DNA of 64,000 nucleotides from Candidatus Hydrogenedentota bacterium (GTDB lineage Bacteria; Hydrogenedentota; Hydrogenedentia; Hydrogenedentales; SLHB01): NCBI GenBank assembly GCA_963745075.1, contig CAVUWV010000020.1, positions 64,001 to 128,000 of the forward strand, read 5' to 3'. Shown piece by piece: positions 58,402 to 64,000 of this stretch (position 1 is its first letter; each line of letters starts with the position of its first letter). The notes under the pieces were generated by a model. It saw only the letters and a program-made list of their open reading frames with translations, ran no database searches and was not told where the DNA came from. The position numbers and the translations under genes were made by a program.

Positions 58402-60234
58402 ATGCGCCATGGGGCCAGCCTGATTATGGCTCTCGAAGGCTTGAGTAAGCCCGCATACCGCATTGCGCGCGAGCTTACGCTGAACAGCCGCTCCGGGCTC
58501 ACTGTGCGATTTCTCTCGAAGAAGCTGGAACTTCCCGAAGAAGAGATCGAATACATCATCGACATCAACCACAAGCTCTTCTTCACCGACCTTACGAAGG
58601 TTAAGCTCGTCGCCGAGGGCGCGACCGCCGCCAAGCGCATCGCGGACGGACTCGAGAATCGCGGTGATATCCCATCTCTGTTCAAAGGCGTGAAGACCCT
58701 GAATCCTCACGAATTCCGGCGGCTTGAAGATCAAATCGGCATCGAGAAACCCGGCGGGAAGAAAGCGGCCGCGGAGGAATTGATTGCCCGCTGCTATACC
58801 CGCCCCGATGCCATCGTCGAGTATGTGGCGACCCGTGGATTCTCGTCGCGCGCCCAGGAGGTATTCGACTTCGTCTGGCAATATGACGGCGGTGTTGTTC
58901 CGGCCGCCACCATTCGTGCGAATTTCGGTGAATCGGATTATGAGATCGAACAGGCGATGCTGGAGCTGTTTCAAGGGTTTGCCCTGTTCGAGATGTTCCG
59001 GTTCGACTCCGAGGATCGTCTGGTGCGAGTGGTGGGACTCCTCTCGGAGTTACGCCAATGGCGCGAAGCGACGAACATACAACGACGAAAGAACTCCGTC
59101 CTCAAGGCGGTTCGTGGCAAACCGGATCAGTCCGATTGTCGAGGATTGGATTTTTCGGAACGTATCTGCCGGCTGGTAGCGGCTATAGCGGCCAAGCCGG
59201 CGCGGCTGCGGGGCGACGGCGACCTCTTCCGCGAAGACCGCCGCCGACTCGGCGAACTTTGTTCGGAAGAAGACGATCCGTCTTTGCAGACGTGTTTGTG
59301 GGTAGCACAGGGCGTGGGATGGATCGCCCGCGTGGACAACGAACTGCGCGCCGGAGAATTGGAGTCGCTCATCGAGATGGACCGCATCAGCCGGCACCGC
59401 ATCATCTTCGATTGGCTGACGCAAACCGGCAACGAATCGGCCTCCCGGCGCGTCCTGTCAGGATTGCTGGACGAAGTAAAGACGGAATCGTGGTATCCGA
59501 TTACGGATTTCATCGAACACGCCATGCGGCTCGGCTCCGAGACGGAACAGCCGCTTCTCAAGAATGCCGGGGGCCACTGGCATTACGTGAGCCCTTCGGC
59601 CGCCAGTTCGGAACGGGGGCTGGCCCGCTCACTCGAGGAATCGTTTCTCTGGCTTGGCCTGGTCGACCGCGCCGAGGGCAATGGGAAGGGACTTTTCTCC
59701 ATAACGGCACTTGGTGAGAGTTTCATGCGTGGCGGGAAGCCGGACAAGCTGAAGAAGCGCTTTCCCTCGCGGCACGCGAAGATCATCGTTCAGCCCAATT
59801 TCGATATCGTGGTGCCCACGCAAGACGTTGATCCGCTATTGACGGTGCCTTTGGACCAGTTCTGCGTGCGCGGGAGCACCGGCAGCGCAACGGTGTATGC
59901 GCTCACCAAAGATTCGTTTACCAAGGCCGTGCAAGAGGGTCATGATGGGGATGGATTCGTTCAATTCCTGCTCGATCACAACCGGGGCGACGCCCTGCCT
60001 GCGAACGTCTTGACCACGCTGGAAGATTGGCGCGGCGGCATGAAGCGCGTTCGTTTGCGCACCCTGCACATCCTGGAATCGGACGACCCCTTAGTAATGG
60101 CCGATCTGTTGCACCGCCGGCGGTTCAACAAGCATTTTGAATCCGTCGACCCGCGCCGGGTCGTGGCGTTTTCCAAGATCTCGAAAAGCGAACTGGCGAA
60201 AGAGTTAGAGAAAGAAGGGTTCGTCGTTCACTAG
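58402..60234 (+). CDS. Protein with C-terminal XPB/Ssl2-type helicase-associated domain
   Basis: IIVQPNFDIVVP, Y.LT..S...A...G and LPANV...L.DW. No Walker motifs. Confidence 0.75.
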   Translation: MRHGASLIMALEGLSKPAYRIARELTLNSRSGLTVRFLSKKLELPEEEIEYIIDINHKLFFTDLTKVKLVAEGATAAKRIADGLENRGDIPSLFKGVKTLNPHEFRRLEDQIGIEKPGGKKAAAEELIARCYTRPDAIVEYVATRGFSSRAQEVFDFVWQYDGGVVPAATIRANFGESDYEIEQAMLELFQGFALFEMFRFDSEDRLVRVVGLLSELRQWREATNIQRRKNSVLKAVRGKPDQSDCRGLDFSERICRLVAAIAAKPARLRGDGDLFREDRRRLGELCSEEDDPSLQTCLWVAQGVGWIARVDNELRAGELESLIEMDRISRHRIIFDWLTQTGNESASRRVLSGLLDEVKTESWYPITDFIEHAMRLGSETEQPLLKNAGGHWHYVSPSAASSERGLARSLEESFLWLGLVDRAEGNGKGLFSITALGESFMRGGKPDKLKKRFPSRHAKIIVQPNFDIVVPTQDVDPLLTVPLDQFCVRGSTGSATVYALTKDSFTKAVQEGHDGDGFVQFLLDHNRGDALPANVLTTLEDWRGGMKRVRLRTLHILESDDPLVMADLLHRRRFNKHFESVDPRRVVAFSKISKSELAKELEKEGFVVH

Positions 60235-60363
60235 TCCGCATTTCTCATCGCCCAAGCGCTGTGGTCTCGCGGCAATCCCACGTGCGAGAGACCTGCCGTC
60301 CCAGCGACATTGCATAATCGGTTCCCCGCTCTCTATGATGGGCGCAATCAAGAGGGTACCGAA

Positions 60364-61470
60364 GTGCAAGAATCCGTGGGCCTTGTCGACTGGAATTCGC
60401 CCAGCAACCAGACCCTGATTGGGGTCGCGCTTGCTTTTGTCGCGCTATTCGCTGGCGCTCTCGTCATGGAATTGCTTCGTCAGCGGCGCCAGCGGCGGCA
60501 GCGGGCGGCCGCGACTTGGAAGACCGTTGAATCCGTCGAAACGGAGAAGGGGTTTTCTGCTGAGGAACGGCGCGTATTAGGGGCCATGATCCGGCGATGG
60601 GCGCCGGACGACCCGCTGGGCGTCATCACCGTTCGGCATCAGTTTGGTGCTTGTGTTGAAAACGAGATTGAAGCGCTCCGGCGGGGCGGCAACGAACAAC
60701 AGTTTGAGGCGATGGGAACTTTACTGCACGACATACGAAGCCGGCTCGCACTCGATTTCGTCCCGCTCGGCCAACGAATCTATTCCACGCGCGAGCTGTT
60801 CCAGGGGCAGGAAGTCTGGCTCACCCGCGAAGCCGACAAGCCACCCCAATGGATTCGCGGTCTGACCGCCCTGTCCAATGAAGCCGTCTTTCGCGTGGCG
60901 CCGCGGGATTTTCTGGAGTCGAGCCGCGCCGTGTTTCGCCCCGGCGACCGGTTCCGGTTCCGTCTCTTTCGGGATGAGGACGCGCGGTACGCGTTTGCCA
61001 CGGAATTTGTCCGGCGGGATAAAGAGCCTCCCGATTTGGTGTTTCTCCACACGTCCGATCTGGACCGCATTCAATCGCGCGAGCATTTCCGAGTCCGGCA
61101 CGAGCAAACCACCAATGTGGGGGTAATGAACGCCCCCCTGGATACGGCGTCGCCCGCGACTCGCGATCGCCGGATTGTCACACGGTTGCGCGGCCAGATC
61201 ACGAACATCAGCGCAGGGGGATTTGCGGTCATCGTGCCGCAAGCCGTTCCCGCGCAAGTATTGATTCGTGTGACTTTGGATTTGGAGTTGGAGGCGACGG
61301 AACCGTTCGACGTTGACGCCCGAATTGTCGGCACAACCTCACTGCCGGGCGGGCGCTGCCTCATCCGCGCCGCGTTCTACGAAGTGGACGCGGAAAAGGA
61401 GGAGATCGTTGCCCGATACGTCGCCCATCGCCAGCAGTCACACGCCGACGCCGGTGGAATGACGGAGTAA
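60364..61470 (+). CDS. Membrane-anchored PilZ (YcgR-like) c-di-GMP effector
   Basis: N-terminal TM, QSREHFR (RxxxR) and NISAGG ((D/N)xSxxG). Confidence 0.85.
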   Translation: MQESVGLVDWNSPSNQTLIGVALAFVALFAGALVMELLRQRRQRRQRAAATWKTVESVETEKGFSAEERRVLGAMIRRWAPDDPLGVITVRHQFGACVENEIEALRRGGNEQQFEAMGTLLHDIRSRLALDFVPLGQRIYSTRELFQGQEVWLTREADKPPQWIRGLTALSNEAVFRVAPRDFLESSRAVFRPGDRFRFRLFRDEDARYAFATEFVRRDKEPPDLVFLHTSDLDRIQSREHFRVRHEQTTNVGVMNAPLDTASPATRDRRIVTRLRGQITNISAGGFAVIVPQAVPAQVLIRVTLDLELEATEPFDVDARIVGTTSLPGGRCLIRAAFYEVDAEKEEIVARYVAHRQQSHADAGGMTE

Positions 61471-61476
61471 CGCGCC

Positions 61477-62226
61477 GTGCAATACGTTCGAGAAGCGGCG
61501 CAGGCCGTGCAACGGAATCTGACTTCCTTCCTCCTATACGCGGCCATTCTGGGCGTACTGGACATCTTGACGATCCTCGCATTGGCCCCGTTTGAGCCCG
61601 GTAAAGGCGAACCCGTGACGCTCACGTTCCGATTGCTGGATGTGGGCCAGCTTCTGGTCGCTGTCCATGTCGGCGCGTTCGCACAAACCGTAGTGTTTTC
61701 CCGTCTCGGGCGCGATATTGACCGGCCCTTGTGGAAGGTTCGCACGGATGGCGAGGCGTTGAAGCGGTTTTTCATGATGTGGGCGCTCATCAACCTCACT
61801 GCGTACGGTTTATACCGCCTTGCCGCGATGGATTTCGGGGACGGCGACGTCACGGTCATCAACTATCTGCTGCTCTTTACCGGTTTGGCCGCCCTCCTTG
61901 TCAGCATTCCGTTCGGCGCATGCATCATGTTTACCGGCCGGGTCAGCTCGCGAACCATTGGGGAAAGCCTCGCTCCGCTCACGCGTCAGCCCGGAAGAAC
62001 TTCCGTGATCTTCGCCATCGTGCTCGTGCAACTCATCCTCTTTGACGTGACCCGGCAGTTGCTCGTGTCCGGCGGTGACGCGGGACCTTCGCTTCTCGCC
62101 CGAATCGGAGTCGGTCTCACCTCGGACATTCTGCAAACCTATTTGGACTGTCTGGTGTTCGCAGCGACGTGGCAACTCTGCATGGTCGATCGCGACACGG
62201 TCGACGAGATTGACATTGACTTCTGA
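61477..62226 (+). CDS. Multi-pass membrane protein
   Basis: About 6 hydrophobic segments. Operonic with its neighbours. Confidence 0.7.
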   Translation: MQYVREAAQAVQRNLTSFLLYAAILGVLDILTILALAPFEPGKGEPVTLTFRLLDVGQLLVAVHVGAFAQTVVFSRLGRDIDRPLWKVRTDGEALKRFFMMWALINLTAYGLYRLAAMDFGDGDVTVINYLLLFTGLAALLVSIPFGACIMFTGRVSSRTIGESLAPLTRQPGRTSVIFAIVLVQLILFDVTRQLLVSGGDAGPSLLARIGVGLTSDILQTYLDCLVFAATWQLCMVDRDTVDEIDIDF

Positions 62227-62290
62227 CCCCATTCCGGCGCTACACCGAAGTTTCCGTCTCACGGGCAGGTGTTTGAGGATTCGGTGAGAT

Positions 62291-62836
62291 ATGCAACGTA
62301 GAACGAAAACCGGATGCTTCTTCGCGGCGTTCTTTGCCATCATCTTGTTCTTCAGCGGTGTCATGAGCTTTTGGATCGTCTCCATCGCGACCCCGGAAGA
62401 TTCTCCCCGGGCCCGCATGTTTCGCACGGAAGCCGACCTTCGCGCACTGAAAACGGCCATCGAGACCTATCATAACGAGTACGGCGCCTATCCGCCCGGA
62501 GGCCCGAAAGGATTGCAAAAGGCAATCAACTTTCTGTCCCGGCACGTTAACTATCTTCCTGACGGCGGCCCCGGAGACGCGTGGGGCAACCCGTTTCACT
62601 ATGTGCCCGCCTCCCAATACGATTTGCCCGATTCCGGCGCATTACGCGGGGACCATGGCTGGTACGCCCCCGACACCTACCAACTGTACTCGCCGGGTAT
62701 GGACGGGTATCCGGGATTTGAAGAAACGCTGAAGCAGCGCGACAATATCACGAGTTGGGACGAGAACCGGAGTTGGCGGGACCTGTACTCGCAACGCCAG
62801 AGAAAGTACTTGCTCGAAATGGGTCGTAAGCAGTAA
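62291..62836 (+). CDS. GspG-like pseudopilin-domain protein
   Basis: TM helix, L..L.TAIE.Y....G.YP, D.WGNPFHY and YQLYS.G.DG. Confidence 0.75.
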   Translation: MQRRTKTGCFFAAFFAIILFFSGVMSFWIVSIATPEDSPRARMFRTEADLRALKTAIETYHNEYGAYPPGGPKGLQKAINFLSRHVNYLPDGGPGDAWGNPFHYVPASQYDLPDSGALRGDHGWYAPDTYQLYSPGMDGYPGFEETLKQRDNITSWDENRSWRDLYSQRQRKYLLEMGRKQ

Positions 62837-62866
62837 CCGGCGGATATCTCTCTTTCGGAGTTCCCC

Positions 62867-64000
62867 ATGCGCATTGAAATGCCATATGGCAATACGTTGA
62901 TGCAGGGGAAAGCTCCCTGGTTGGCGAATCTGGAATCGCTCGACATCGCAGACGTGCCGGCGCTTGCGGACCGCGACGTTTCCATCGCTCACGCCATCGA
63001 GTCCCCCATCGGCCTGGACCGAAACGTGTATGAGATCGTTCAGCCCGGTGAGCAAATTGCCATTATCGTCTCCGACTCCTTCCGGAAAACGGCGGTGGAT
63101 CAGGTACTACCCGTGCTGTTGGATGGACTGCGCCGCCGCGGCATACCAAACACCGACATCCGCTTTGTCTTTGCCAGCGGCACCCACCGGCCTCCGACTC
63201 CAGACGAACAGGCGGAAATCCTGGGCGTCACAATCTACAAGCAGTTCAAAGACCGCGCCTTCACGCACGACCCCCATGACCGGGCGAACCTCGTGACGGT
63301 GGGAACGACGCGTCGCGGCACCGTCGTGGAAGTCAATCGAACGGCGTGGGAATGCGACCGGCTTATCGCAACGGGCGCGGTGGTTATGCATTACTTCGGA
63401 GGATTCGGAGGTGGGCGAAAATCGATCGTGCCCGGCATCAGTTCCGCACGCACCATCGCGCAGAACCACGCCATGAACCTCGACCCCGATACGGATGACC
63501 TCAATCCGGCAGTTCAAATAGCGGCCATGGACGGCAATCCGGTCGCGGAAGATATGCTGGAAGCGACCCGGCTGGCCGGGGTGGACTACATCATCAATAC
63601 CGTCTTGAATCGTCATGGCAAAATCGCACGGGTTTTCGCCGGGGAACTCGAAGCGGCCCATCGCGCGGCGGCTGCCTTCGCGCGCTCGGTCTACGCCGTT
63701 CACCTGGCACACCGCGCAGACTTGGTCGTCGCCGCGTCCCCACACACCCGCAATTTCGTCCAAACCCACAAAGCGTTGTACAACGCATTTCAAGCGATGC
63801 GGCCGGGCGGCCGCATCATTCTCCTGGCTCCGTGTGCCGAAGGACTGGGTGGGGACCAATTCGTGAAGTGGCTCCGGCTCGGATCGAGAAGTGCCGTGAT
63901 TGCCGGGCTGCGGCGGGAAAGCGAAATCAACGGCCAGACCGCTCTCTCAACGTTGGAAAAAGCACCCAGCGCGTTTATGGTTACGGAGTTGCAGCCAGAG
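62867..64000 (+). CDS. larA: Nickel-pincer-dependent LarA-family racemase/epimerase (partial, runs off the right edge)
   Basis: Open frame from ATG 62867: MRIEMPYG, VSDSFRK, ASGTHR, G.T.RGT, HYFGGFGGGRKS..PG and NH. Absent from the ORF track because there is no stop in the window. Confidence 0.88.
   Translation, partial: MRIEMPYGNTLMQGKAPWLANLESLDIADVPALADRDVSIAHAIESPIGLDRNVYEIVQPGEQIAIIVSDSFRKTAVDQVLPVLLDGLRRRGIPNTDIRFVFASGTHRPPTPDEQAEILGVTIYKQFKDRAFTHDPHDRANLVTVGTTRRGTVVEVNRTAWECDRLIATGAVVMHYFGGFGGGRKSIVPGISSARTIAQNHAMNLDPDTDDLNPAVQIAAMDGNPVAEDMLEATRLAGVDYIINTVLNRHGKIARVFAGELEAAHRAAAAFARSVYAVHLAHRADLVVAASPHTRNFVQTHKALYNAFQAMRPGGRIILLAPCAEGLGGDQFVKWLRLGSRSAVIAGLRRESEINGQTALSTLEKAPSAFMVTELQPE

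Overview
A 64 kb, GC-rich bacterial chromosomal window with about 55 CDS and one tRNA-Arg(ACG). I found no rRNA, CRISPR array or prophage. From left to right: (1) a two-component cluster; (2) a ~22 kb glycan and sulfated-sugar catabolism region (FG-GAP propellers, DUF6259-like hydrolase, two sulfatases, DUF1080, SSS symporter, GH106, GH28, three Gfo/Idh/MocA oxidoreductases), interrupted by a four-helix-bundle gene flanked by inverted 9-nt repeat arrays; (3) tRNA-Arg and a tandem ferritin-like protein; (4) an accessory stretch; (5) mostly housekeeping and signalling genes (mpl, rlmD, nnrD, thiL, Ser/Thr kinase-MshEN fusion, NtrC-type regulator, TonB/ExbB, PilZ, partial larA). The most striking feature is at 27190-29030, where three SAM riboswitches sit within 1.9 kb. 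A tandem SAM-II plus SAM-I pair, each with its own terminator and antiterminator, lies upstream of an ADP-ribosylglycohydrolase. A second SAM-II copy shows compensatory base changes. No methionine or SAM biosynthesis gene is nearby. The riboswitches instead bracket a small opposite-strand gene whose motif pattern resembles phage SAM lyases/DUF3574. The SAM-I aptamer has G at the normally near-invariant SAM-binding U57 position. Several genes carry single-base frameshifts in short homopolymers, which are probably assembly errors. All family assignments come from motif recognition by eye, not database searches.
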